This document shows positions 23,421-35,491 of a stretch of DNA of 35,491 nucleotides, one piece after another. Positions within the stretch are counted from its first letter, which is position 1, and the number at the start of each line of letters is the position of its first letter. A program made the position numbers and the translations under genes. Origin of the DNA: Neovahlkampfia damariscottae (taxonomy: Eukaryota). The notes below the pieces were generated by a model. The model saw only the letters and a program-made list of their open reading frames with translations, was not told the origin of the DNA and ran no database searches. The DNA lies in the NCBI GenBank assembly GCA_016618085.1, contig JABLTG010000186.1, positions 1 to 35,491 of the forward strand, read 5' to 3'.

Positions 23421-24380
23421 ATGGATGAACAACAGGAAGAAATACAAAAAAGATTGAAAGAAATTGGAGAATCATTCATGAGTCAATTTGATGACTATGA
23501 AGAAGAAGAAGAAGAAGAAGAAGAAGTCAAAGAAAAAGAAATTCAATCTGAAATGGTTGAAAAAGAAGAAAAAAAAAATAAAAAAAACAAAGACAAAAAA
23601 TCACAAAATGTGACAGTTTTCAAAGAAATAAATCCAGAAAAACATCAGTCTATTGAACACAGATCATTAGATAAAGCAGAAAAGTACTTGAAAAATTTAA
23701 TTCTAATTTTTTCAGAGAAGCAGCGGTGTATGAATATGAAAAGAGAAATTTAAAAAAGAAACTTCATGAAAAAGATATGAAAAAGAAACAAGAATTAAAA
23801 TTAAAAAGAAAAAAAGATTTATTAGATTCACGTTTGGACATAAAAAACGTAAGTCAAAAAAAAAAAACTCAATTTTTAGAATAAAAAAATAAAAATGAGA
23901 GATGAAAGAGCAACTGAACAAGCAAAATTATACTTTGAGACAAAAGATTTTGTTGCTAAAAAAACCAAAGATGAAAAAGAGTATTCAACATTTCTTGATC
24001 GAGAACTCCTAGAACAAGGAAAACAAGTCAAAAAGAAAAAAAATGAATACAAGAGTTATTTTGTATTACAACAAGAAATTAAACAACAAAAAGAAGCAAA
24101 AAGAAAACAAAAAGAAGAAGAAATGGCCAATGGAATGTTTGATAAAAGAAAAGAGAGAAGAGAAAGAATTATTGAAGACAATAAGAGACTATTGGACACT
24201 CAAATTTTTATGAATAAATATGGTGCTCCAAGTGACGTTGGTAGAACGGTTCAAAAAGGTGCATTTAAACCTAGAGTGGCTGGTTCACTTGGAAGATGGA
24301 AAAATGGAACTTTGATATTGACAAAACAAGATGTTGGTCAAATCACAGGAAAACCATGGTACAAGGTTAAAAAAAATTAA
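23421..24380 (+). CDS. SSU processome assembly factor, FSAF1/C1orf131 (Faf1-like)
   Basis: Introns 23684-23715 and 23849-23879. Lys/Glu-rich. YKSYFVLQQEIKQQK and the C-terminal GSLGRWKNGTLILTKQDV resemble the C1orf131 motif GQVGKFKNGTLILS. Confidence 0.65.
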
Positions 24381-24473
24381 AACTTATTCTCATTTATCTC
24401 TTTTTTTTTTTTTTCAAATAAGAAAGATGATTTTGATTTGTTAGAATTCCAATTTGAATTCCGGATAAAAAAC

Positions 24474-27400
24474 ATGACGAAAACAGTGGATGAAAAAAAA
24501 ATTATTTTTCAAAAAATTAAAGATATATGTATACCTATCGCTACTGACTTACAAAAAAACGATTTTAATTCATTGAATGAAAATCTTTTAAAACTTCAAA
24601 AAGTAATACAAGACGAAAAAGAAAAACAAATGATTGAAGTATTATTTGAATACTTAACATTTCCTTTAATTTTAATATATGAAAGAGATTTTTCATTCCG
24701 AACAAAAACAAAAGATTCCAGATATCAAGTACCCATAAAAACCTTAGAAATAACTACAAAAATGTTGACTATTTTATTTGAAAAAATAGATCGAATAATA
24801 ACTACTAAAATAGATTTTATATATCAATACTTGATAACAATTCAAAATTTATTTATTTTATATTTGAAAAATGAAGAAAAAGAAAAACTACTTTTTTCGA
24901 CTGAAGAATTAAAAATTAATATTATTGAATTTTTTAATATTTTCATCAAAAAACATGCAAAAGAAGATTTAAATGTTTTTAGAAATAAAAAAACTAGGAA
25001 TTTAATAGCACTTTTTGTCGGTGTTTTATTGGAAGTAGCAACTGAAGAAATTTCAAAAGAATTAAAAATAGAAAGTTTAAATTGTTTAAATAACTTGTTC
25101 AACTTAATTGAATTACCTGAAGTTTTAATTGATTTCTTCCCAGGAACTTCATCTTGTTTAAAAAAATTTATCATTGGAGATTATAAATTAGGAAAAGAAT
25201 TCATTTCAACTTCAATTAGAGTTTTTGGAAATATTACAGAAAGGGTTTGTTCTGATGATTTCAATTCATCAAATTTAACTAAACAAGAAAATTCAATTGA
25301 ATCATTAAGGAATTTTGATCAACTAGAAATTAAAAAAAATGATAATTTTGAAATGTTAAGAAACAAAATACATTCCATTTTTGAAGTTATTTTGAGTCCA
25401 AAATATTTTAATGAATTTCATTCAGATTCAAAATTTGAATTAATTCAAATATCAATAAATTTATTGAAGAATTGTTCAAAAACGTTAGAGAAATCAATTC
25501 CTTTAATAATTGAAATAATATTTATGGGATCAAATCAAGAAGAAACTTCATTAAATTTAAAGAAATTATCAGAAGAAGGATTAGATATTTTCAAGAAAAA
25601 TAAAAAAGAAAATTCAAAATTGAATGATTTGTTAATTGAAAGATTCACTTATTTGATTAGAAATTTTACAAATGTAATTACAAATCTGAATGAAAATGAA
25701 AAATTTGGAAATTTAATATTGATATCTTGTTATATTGAAATATTAGATTTCAAGAATGTTTTGTATTCTTTAATTGATGAAATAGCATTTTCTCTTTTAA
25801 TTTCATTAGAAATTGAAACAAATATCAAAATTATTGAAAGAGTTTCAATTTCACAAAAATACTCAATAAATTCAATCTCACAAGAAGAATATCTTCAATT
25901 TCCAAAAAAAATTTATAAAAACCTAAATACTAAAGAAAATGAAAATTTAATTTTTAAAATATGTGAGAATTTAGGAAAATATGGTGATTTGAATTTTCTA
26001 TTAGATTATTTTATTGAAATACTTTTAGATGAAAAGAACATGAAATTTCATTCACCAACAATTCAAATACTTTCATATATACTAAAAGGAAAATTTGAAT
26101 ATATTGAAAAAGAATTACAATTTGAAGTTGAAATTGAAACTGAAAAATTGATTGAATTATATTTAACAAATTTTTGGAACTTCAAAAAAGATTACTCAAA
26201 AAAGGATGAAGAATTAATTTCAACCTATCAATATGTTCAACAAACTTCTTCAATTTTAGAATCAATTTCAATTTTTTCAACTTGTTTAGGTGATTCATTT
26301 CAAAATTATTTGATCAAAATTTTGTATGCCATTTTAGAAAAATTAGGTGAATCATATTCATTTATTAATCAAAGTTCATTGAAATGTTTATCAATTATTT
26401 CAAAGAATTTGAAATATAAATCTGTTCAACATTTAATCATTGAGAATTCTGATTATATTATTGATGAAATTTGTAATCGAATGAAATATTTAAATTTCTA
26501 TCCAAATACACCATTTGTTATTGAATCTCTTTTTGAATTCACAAAAAATAATTTAAATTCAAAAAATGAAATCTTGAATTCATTAATTTCATTAATCGAA
26601 GATATTTTAGAGAATATCTTCAATTCATTGGATAGTTTTCATTCAACAAAATCAAATCAATTTTATTTAGAATCATTTTTTTCAATTCTTTCAAATATTA
26701 TTTTTATTTTATCATCAAATGAATTAATCAAAAAAAATGAAAAAGAAAGAACTCTGATAAAGAAGATTTTAAATAAATCACAACATTTTCTTTCAATTTC
26801 AAATATATCTTTGAGAATTAAATTATTGAAAATTGTCAAAGATTGTTTGAATTTTTATTTATCTTTTAAAATGACATCATCAGATGAAGAAAAAAAAGAA
26901 AAAATATTAAAAGAACTTGAAAGTGAAAATTTAACACAAGAAGAAGGAGAATATTTAAATCAAATAATGAATGAAAAAGAAGATACTTTTGGTGAAGTTT
27001 TTCCATTAATTCACTTAATTTGGCCTTCAATAATGAATACATGGTCTGTTGAAAAATTACCACAAATACAAATTCATTTAATTGATTTAATTGAATTGTT
27101 GATGAAGAATTTTGATAACTTTATGTATTCAAGAATTTTGAATGACTTTTATCCAAAATTAATCAAAGATCTAAAACAAAATGTTTCAAATTTTAAGAAT
27201 AAGAAGGATTTCAATTTTTTGAAAACAACATTTGAATACAAAATCAAAATGAAAGAATTTAAATTTTTGAATGAAATGTTGACAGTTGAAAATTTTAAAT
27301 CAAAATTATCAATTTCAAAAGAGTTTTTTGATGCATTTGAAATTTGTCAAGTTTTAGAACCATATTTAGATGAGCAGCAACCAAAAGAAATACAAAATGA

Positions 27401-27605
27401 AATACTCTTAATATTTGAAAATATGATCAAAGAAGACTCTGATTCAATTTGGTATTTCATTAATTTATATTTAGAAAATGAGTACATTTCAAATAATCAA
27501 AATTTGAAAAAAATCAAATTTCAAAAAAAAGAGTCGAAATTCAATATCAATCAAAATTTGAAAAGAATTGAAAAATTGATAATTGAATTTGATGAAAATG
27601 ATTGA
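24474..27605 (+). CDS. TTI1: TELO2-interacting protein 1 (TTT complex, HEAT repeats)
   Basis: Long helical ORF with EYLTFPL, DFFPGTSSCL, HLIIENSDYIID and PLIHLIWP, all TTI1-like. First ATG at 24474. Confidence 0.82.
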   Translation: MTKTVDEKKIIFQKIKDICIPIATDLQKNDFNSLNENLLKLQKVIQDEKEKQMIEVLFEYLTFPLILIYERDFSFRTKTKDSRYQVPIKTLEITTKMLTILFEKIDRIITTKIDFIYQYLITIQNLFILYLKNEEKEKLLFSTEELKINIIEFFNIFIKKHAKEDLNVFRNKKTRNLIALFVGVLLEVATEEISKELKIESLNCLNNLFNLIELPEVLIDFFPGTSSCLKKFIIGDYKLGKEFISTSIRVFGNITERVCSDDFNSSNLTKQENSIESLRNFDQLEIKKNDNFEMLRNKIHSIFEVILSPKYFNEFHSDSKFELIQISINLLKNCSKTLEKSIPLIIEIIFMGSNQEETSLNLKKLSEEGLDIFKKNKKENSKLNDLLIERFTYLIRNFTNVITNLNENEKFGNLILISCYIEILDFKNVLYSLIDEIAFSLLISLEIETNIKIIERVSISQKYSINSISQEEYLQFPKKIYKNLNTKENENLIFKICENLGKYGDLNFLLDYFIEILLDEKNMKFHSPTIQILSYILKGKFEYIEKELQFEVEIETEKLIELYLTNFWNFKKDYSKKDEELISTYQYVQQTSSILESISIFSTCLGDSFQNYLIKILYAILEKLGESYSFINQSSLKCLSIISKNLKYKSVQHLIIENSDYIIDEICNRMKYLNFYPNTPFVIESLFEFTKNNLNSKNEILNSLISLIEDILENIFNSLDSFHSTKSNQFYLESFFSILSNIIFILSSNELIKKNEKERTLIKKILNKSQHFLSISNISLRIKLLKIVKDCLNFYLSFKMTSSDEEKKEKILKELESENLTQEEGEYLNQIMNEKEDTFGEVFPLIHLIWPSIMNTWSVEKLPQIQIHLIDLIELLMKNFDNFMYSRILNDFYPKLIKDLKQNVSNFKNKKDFNFLKTTFEYKIKMKEFKFLNEMLTVENFKSKLSISKEFFDAFEICQVLEPYLDEQQPKEIQNEILLIFENMIKEDSDSIWYFINLYLENEYISNNQNLKKIKFQKKESKFNINQNLKRIEKLIIEFDEND

Positions 27606-27610
27606 AATTT

Positions 27611-29350
27611 TTATTTAAATTCTGAATATTTCATTCTTGTTCTTTCATTTAAATTCCAATCTTCAAAACCATATTCATCTTCATCATTTATTTCACCAAA
27701 ATCATCTTCATCATTCATTTCAATATCAGAATCATCTTCATCTTTTTCTTCTTCAAATAGATCTCCTTTATCATTTAATCCAATATTTTCATTTGGAACA
27801 ATTTCATCATCTTCGTCATCTCCTTCTATTGGTGGTAAATTATTTTTTAACTTTTCATCCCTGTATGTTTGAATTTCCAATAATAAATTTGGAATTGAAA
27901 ATTCAATTGGTAAATAAATGACATTATCGGTTATTCTTATGTTAGATTTCTTGGTTAATTTAAGAGAATATAAAGACCAATCATATTTACTCAAATACAA
28001 ATAATTTTCTTTCAAAAATTTCAAAAAATTTAAAATATCAACAGGATGATGTGATGTAGACTTCACATCAATTGTTTTAAAATTAAGTTTATGAATAATT
28101 TCAATTCCTAAATTTTTGGCTGTTCAAAAATCATCAGTTAATTGGTCACTTACTCTCTTCTAAAATTCTGTTTGAAAGTTCATTATAGACTTTGATTTTT
28201 GATATTTTTTCTTTCCCAATAAAATTTAAAAATTTGAATAAATCTCCTTGTTTGAAGTTCCAGGGTATTGAAATTTTACCTGTTGGAGATATTCTATATT
28301 CATCTTCAAGAATTTCAAGGGAGATATTTTCAAAAAGATTTTGATTTTCTAATTCATTTAATCTCTTCAAGCATTCAATAGATTTATCATAATGAGTTTT
28401 GAATTCAAGTTTGAAACATTTTAAATTTGAACTTTCCTCTAATTTCTGGAATTCTGCTGCTTTATTTGTCAAATCTTTTCGTTTTTGAATTTCTTCATTT
28501 TCTTCATTTTCAAAATGTTCTTTCAAAAATTTCAAAACATCTTTCACCATAAAATCAAAAGGAACAGTGAAATAATCTATAAAAATTAATTCAATTTTTT
28601 TGAAGAACTATTTGAAATTTGAATTTTATTGGATGAAATCATCAAAGGTAGATTTTTCCATTTATAAAATTCCATTTTATCAATATTTTTTTGTAAGTTT
28701 TCAATTCCTTTCATTGTTTCTTCAATCGTTAAATCTTCAGAAATAAAAACCATCTTATTTTCAATTAATTCTTCAACTGATGGAATTTCTTCTTCATCAA
28801 TCCAACCATGTTTCAAATTTTCTAAATTTCTGTTTTCAATAGTTTCTTTAAGTGCTAATCTTAACTCTTCTCTCAATTCTTTTGCTGATTTTTTTTTATT
28901 AAAATTTCTTCTAAAATTTTCAGTTGAAGAAATAATATTTGATTTTTGAAGTAAACTAATAATAGTTTCATCAATTGCTTCAATAATTTTATTCATATTG
29001 TTCATATGAAACTCTTTGATTTCAAATTTTGATTCAATTAATTTAATAGTCTTATCGGAGAATTTACAATAAAATTTTAAATTTTCTTTCAACTTTGTTT
29101 TATTTTGAAAATTTGGAATTTCTTTTTTTTCTTCAATTTCTTTAACCCAATTTAATATTTCATTCAATTGTTGAAATGATTTTTGATTTATATCTTGTTG
29201 TTTTTTATTGTCTCCAAAAAAATCAGGATGCACTTTCAAGAAGAATTGACGTAAATGTTGAACATATGGTTTTTTAACAGTCGATTCAAACACTTTTTGA
29301 GTTTTTGATAAAATTTTAAGTTGTGTTAATTTCTTCTTTAACTTCAACAT
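27611..29350 (-). CDS. TCAIM-like mitochondrial J-domain-like protein (DUF4460/DUF4461)
   Basis: Introns 28577-28608 and 28120-28153. Basic N-terminus, then LRQFFLKVHPDFF..INQKSFQQLN. Repeated VPFDF / IPWNF / LPIEF units and an acidic tail. Confidence 0.72.
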
Positions 29351-31594
<2,244 letters not shown>

Positions 31595-32060
31595 TCAATT
31601 TTTTTTTAATAATTTGAAGAATTTTTGAAATGTTATTTTCCCATCTCTATTGGTATCTGCAAGTTGAATCATGTCTTGTAATTCTTTTTCTGGTATATCT
31701 TCATTCAATTCTTCACAAATAGTTCTTAATTTTTCAATTGTAATAATTCCACTTTTTACAAGAATTAAATTTTTTCTTTCTTTTTTCTACCTTTTATCAA
31801 AATCAAATAGATCGAATCCAGTGATTAATTTTTCATCATCAACATCAAAGTTATTTAAAATTAAAGTCAAAAATTGATCAAATTTTAATTTTTCTTCTTT
31901 TGGTTTTTTTTTTAAATTTAATCCTAAGTATTTCATTGCTTCAGGTATTTTACTATTTTCAATTTCTCCTTGTTTTTAAGTTTTTTGATATTATACCTTC
32001 AACAGAGAATAAATTAAATATCTCTAATATTTCTTTTTCAATTTGTTCTGGAACATCCAT
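31595..32060 (-). CDS. Centrin/calmodulin-like EF-hand protein
   Basis: Introns 31969-31996 (28 nt) and 31752-31790 (39 nt). The spliced C-lobe FDLFDFDKSGIITIEKLRTICEELNEDIPEKELQDMIQLADTNRDGKITFQKF is centrin-like. Confidence 0.8.
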
Positions 32061-32136
32061 GGTTGATGGTTCTTTGTGGTGTGTTTTTTTTACTTTTTTT
32101 TTTGATTGGTGGTTGTTTTCTTGGTTCAAAATAAAA
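32061..32136. promoter_or_regulatory. Minimal bidirectional promoter region, centrin-like / DUF1764
   Basis: 76-nt gap between divergent ATGs, with a single TGATTGGT (ATTGG at 32105-32109). Confidence 0.55.
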
Positions 32137-32511
32137 ATGAAGGAAGAAGAAAAGAAAAAAAAGAAAAAAAAGACAACTGAAAATGATGAGATATCAAATA
32201 TCTTTGGAAATAAAAAAACTAAAACTAAAACAACAAAAAAAGATGATATCTCAGATATTTTTGAAAAAGTTGGTAAAAAAACTGAAAAAACGGAAAAAAA
32301 AGATAAAAAGAGAAAAAATGATTCAGAAAAGAAGTTAGAAGAAGAAAAAAAACCAAAGAAAAAAAAAGAAAGAAAAACAACAGACGACGGCCTCAAAGTT
32401 TATACTTGGGATGAATTAAAAATTGGACAAGGAGGAAATACAAAATTATGTCCTTTTGAGTAAGTCAAAACAATCTTTAAATTATCACAAAGTTGTGATT
32501 GTTGTTTTTAA
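32137..32511 (+). CDS. DUF1764 family Lys-rich protein
   Basis: Intron 32460-32492 and a 19-nt last exon give the family C-terminus RKTTDDGLKVYTWDELKIGQGGNTKLCPFDCDCCF. Confidence 0.85.
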
Positions 32512-32551
32512 ATCTCAAAATAATGTAAAAATGGAAATAATGAACAAAATT

Positions 32552-35178
32552 TTAATTTTTTTTTATTTTTTGATCATTTTCAAGATTTAAATCATCATCT
32601 TTTTCTTTTTCAACTTTTCTTTTTATTCCTCTCTTGAAAGTTGAAATATAATCCAATGAGAATTTATTTTGTTGAGTAATTCCTAACCAACCTGAATTAT
32701 TAATAGCTCTTAATAAAGATCTTAAAACTGGTTGATATTTAATCCTTTCTTGTTGAATTTTTTTTCCTTGAATTTGCAATAATGATTTTGACCATTGAAG
32801 TAATAATTCAATATTCAAATTTTTTTCAACTTCACCAGAAAGAAATTCAATAAAAATTAATAAATAATTTTCTGGAATTGAACGTATAATAATTTCAATT
32901 GATTCTTTTGGTATTGAATAAAATGAACTCTTTTTAATTTCATAATCATTTAATTTTAAAGACATAATTAAAGCGAGACCAAAATTTTTTTTTGAAATTT
33001 CTTTTTTGATATTTTGAGGTGTTATTGAGATATCAATATCTAAAGGATTAAAAACTAAATTTTCATTTTCATTGGTTGAAAAAATAACAATTCCTTCAGT
33101 TGTTGAAACAGATATTTCATTGGATGAAATTGAAATATCAAATGTTTTGATTTCTGGTAAAATTTCTTGTTTTGAACCTGGTAATCTTTGTTCACCAATT
33201 AATTTTTTTCTCTCTTTTAATTGATTTCTTAAATATTCTGCTTCTTTTCTTTCAACATCAACATAAAATTTTGTCAAATCAACTACACCATTCAAATTTA
33301 AATTTGTGCTCAAAATTAATCGTTTAACCAAACATTTTTGTTCAACTGAATACATACATAAAAATTGATTTAAACCACCACAAACTACATATAAACCATC
33401 TTTTGTATATTTCACCTTTGAAAAGTATTTTCTTGACTTTTTTTTTAAAATACTTGCTTCTTCACCAAAATGATCAGCTGTTATGATATCTCTTTTACAA
33501 TCAATAAAACCAGTTTGTAAATTTTCTAAAACATTCCAAAAAGTTAAAGTTCCATCTAAACAAGTTGCACAAATCTCTTGTCCATTTGGATTAAAATCAA
33601 TTCCAATAACTTCAGATGAATGTGTTAAAGTTTCTGCTTCTGATTTAGATCCAAATACATTCCAAACTTTAACAGTTTGATCCCATGATGATGAACACAT
33701 AACAGGTTCTGAAGGTGAAAATGCTAATTCTGTGATTGGTGCAGTATGTGATTGTAAAACATCAATAATTTCAGTTGTTTGAACATTCCATAAAAATATT
33801 TCGAAATTATTTACACCTGCAGCACAAATAATTTCACCTGATGGATCTATTTCCATACATGAAAATCCTGTTGGTTGAATTGATTTATATGTACGAAAAT
33901 TATGATATCTTAACAAATCAAATGCTCTACAAGTACCATCTAATGAACTACTAAAAAGAGCCATTTCTCTATTTCCAGGTGGTCTTGAAAATTTTAAATT
34001 TGTTATTGATCCTTTATGACTGTCAATTGTTATAAAATTTGTTCCACTTTTTCTATCCCAAATTTTGATTTTTCCATTTTCATCTCCTGATGCAATTAAA
34101 TCACCAATATTATTATAAGTGATTGAATTTGAATAACTTTGATGTCCTTGTTGTTTCATAATGAATGTTTCTGATTGGATATCATAAACTATTAATTGAT
34201 CAGATGAATCACTTGACATTCCAAGCCAATTTCCATCTTTAGAAAATTTTAAACTTGTAATTGCATAAGCACTTAAAATTTCTTTTTTAATAACTTCATA
34301 TTCTGCTTTTTCATTTTCTTGATGATCTTTTAATGAAACTAATGCGTATCCACCACTGAATCCAACTGCCAATAAATCTTTTTCAAATGATATATCACAT
34401 GATGTAATTCTTTTTGACTTGATTCCTGATTTTTGAATTGAAACATTTTCCCATCCTTTTTTCCAATGTAAAATATTTCCAGTTCTATCAATTGCATAAA
34501 TTTCATTTGGTGTTTTAATTCCATTTTCTTTTTTAAAAAAACAACCAACAACATTTGATTTTAATCCTGATAAAATAAATGGTGGAGTAATTTTTGATTC
34601 TTTTGTCTCTTGGTCCAATGATAATTTTAATAAATGAACAGATCCATCTGTTGTTCCAGTTGCAATATATTTTGAATCAATTACATCTAAACATTCATAA
34701 AATTTTGAATCAAAACACTGATGAACTAAAATAGGTTCTGAAGTTAAACAAGAAGATAATTTTAAATTATATGAATAAATTGATAACATTGAACCAATAG
34801 AAATAATATAACTATTTTTAGCATCCTCTGTAAATTTAACACCTGATACTTTTGGTGGAAATTTGAAATGATTCAAATAAATTCCTTGTGGATATTTTAA
34901 AAAAGTAGTTTTTCCTGAAAAGGTTGAACAAAGTAGTATTTTTTCGTCTGGTGAAATTGCTATATGATTGATATCTTTTTCATGAGCATGAACTGTTGTT
35001 TTTATTGTATTTTCTTTTAAGTTGAATTTTGAAATTCTGTTGTGCACAATACTTAATAATGTATCATTGTCTTTTGTGAATAAAATATTTCCTCCTGTGT
35101 TTATGTTTCCTAAAACACTTGAAAACTGTGGACGTTAAAATATGTTTTTAAAAGTTTTACTGTGTATTCATTATTCAT
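32552..35178 (-). CDS. PWP2: PWP2/Utp1 WD40 SSU processome component
   Basis: Intron 35126-35160 gives MNNEYTFSSVLG..GNILFT..HNRISKFNLK. Motifs: QLIVYDIQSETFIMKQQGH, SSSLDGTCRAFDLLRYHNFRTY, IDPSGEIICA. Utp12-like C-terminus. Confidence 0.92.
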
Positions 35179-35308
35179 GATTCCTCTACGTTAAAAATTT
35201 GAGGAATTAAACTCCATGATTGGTTGATTTCTAAATCTTAAATTATTGGATAAGAAAATTCCACCAATCATGACAGATCAAACTGAATCTGAATATTTGA
35301 TTTTTCCG

Positions 35309-35491
35309 TTACAAAGTGACCATTCGGAATCGTTTGTGAACTATATATAGATTTTCTAAATTCCAAAAATTATAAATGGATGGAAAAATCAGAAAAGACG
35401 CCAAGAAAACTAATAGAGCAGGCTGATGAGCAATAATGATCAATGCAATGAAAAATATATCACCAGTAAAAAAATCAGAGAACAGTACGGA
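35309..35491 (-). CDS. Possible 3' end of a membrane-protein gene entering from the right edge
   Basis: Stop-free 60-codon minus frame SVLFSDFFTGDIFFIALIIIAHQPALLVFLASFLIFPSIYNFW..HKRFRMVTL*. All three plus frames are closed. No recognisable motif. Confidence 0.3.
   Translation of the reverse strand, partial: SVLFSDFFTGDIFFIALIIIAHQPALLVFLASFLIFPSIYNFWNLENLYIVHKRFRMVTL

Noticed and set aside
23499..23525. (GAA)n trinucleotide run
   Set aside because: It encodes a poly-Glu tract in an acidic nucleolar protein and is not an independent repeat element.
35270..35350. Plus-strand gene starting at ATG 35270 right after a CCAAT box
   Set aside because: It stops at TAG 35348-35350 and I found no plausible intron that opens a downstream frame. 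The CCAAT more likely belongs to the PWP2 promoter.

Overview
This is eukaryotic nuclear DNA from a very AT-rich, highly compact protist genome using the standard code. The organism cannot be identified from the sequence; the style is compatible with a heterolobosean or other discobid, but that is only a guess. By splicing out 32 tiny GT-AG introns (25-45 nt) I reconstructed 20 complete protein-coding genes. In order: ABHD hydrolase, Rab-like GTPase-Mon1 fusion, acetyl-CoA carboxylase, CSN8, Pop5/Rpp14, BioD-like P-loop protein, nicotinamide riboside kinase (absent from the ORF track), RhoGAP-like/PH protein, GST zeta, HPS5/TECPR2-like protein with C-terminal RING, LYRM5, seven-blade beta-propeller, cytochrome P450 reductase, FSAF1/C1orf131-like, TTI1, TCAIM-like, Prp43/DHX15, centrin-like protein, DUF1764 protein and PWP2. 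There is also an intergenic box C/D snoRNA that matches the conserved 18S site methylated by U25/snR56. Three signals stand out. First, an in-frame fusion of a degenerate Rab domain to the Rab7-GEF subunit Mon1. Second, a CCAAT box within about 45 nt of the start codon in 19 of 20 genes. Third, extreme compaction, including abutting stop codons and poly(A) signals built into stop codons. All family assignments come from motif recognition, not database searches.
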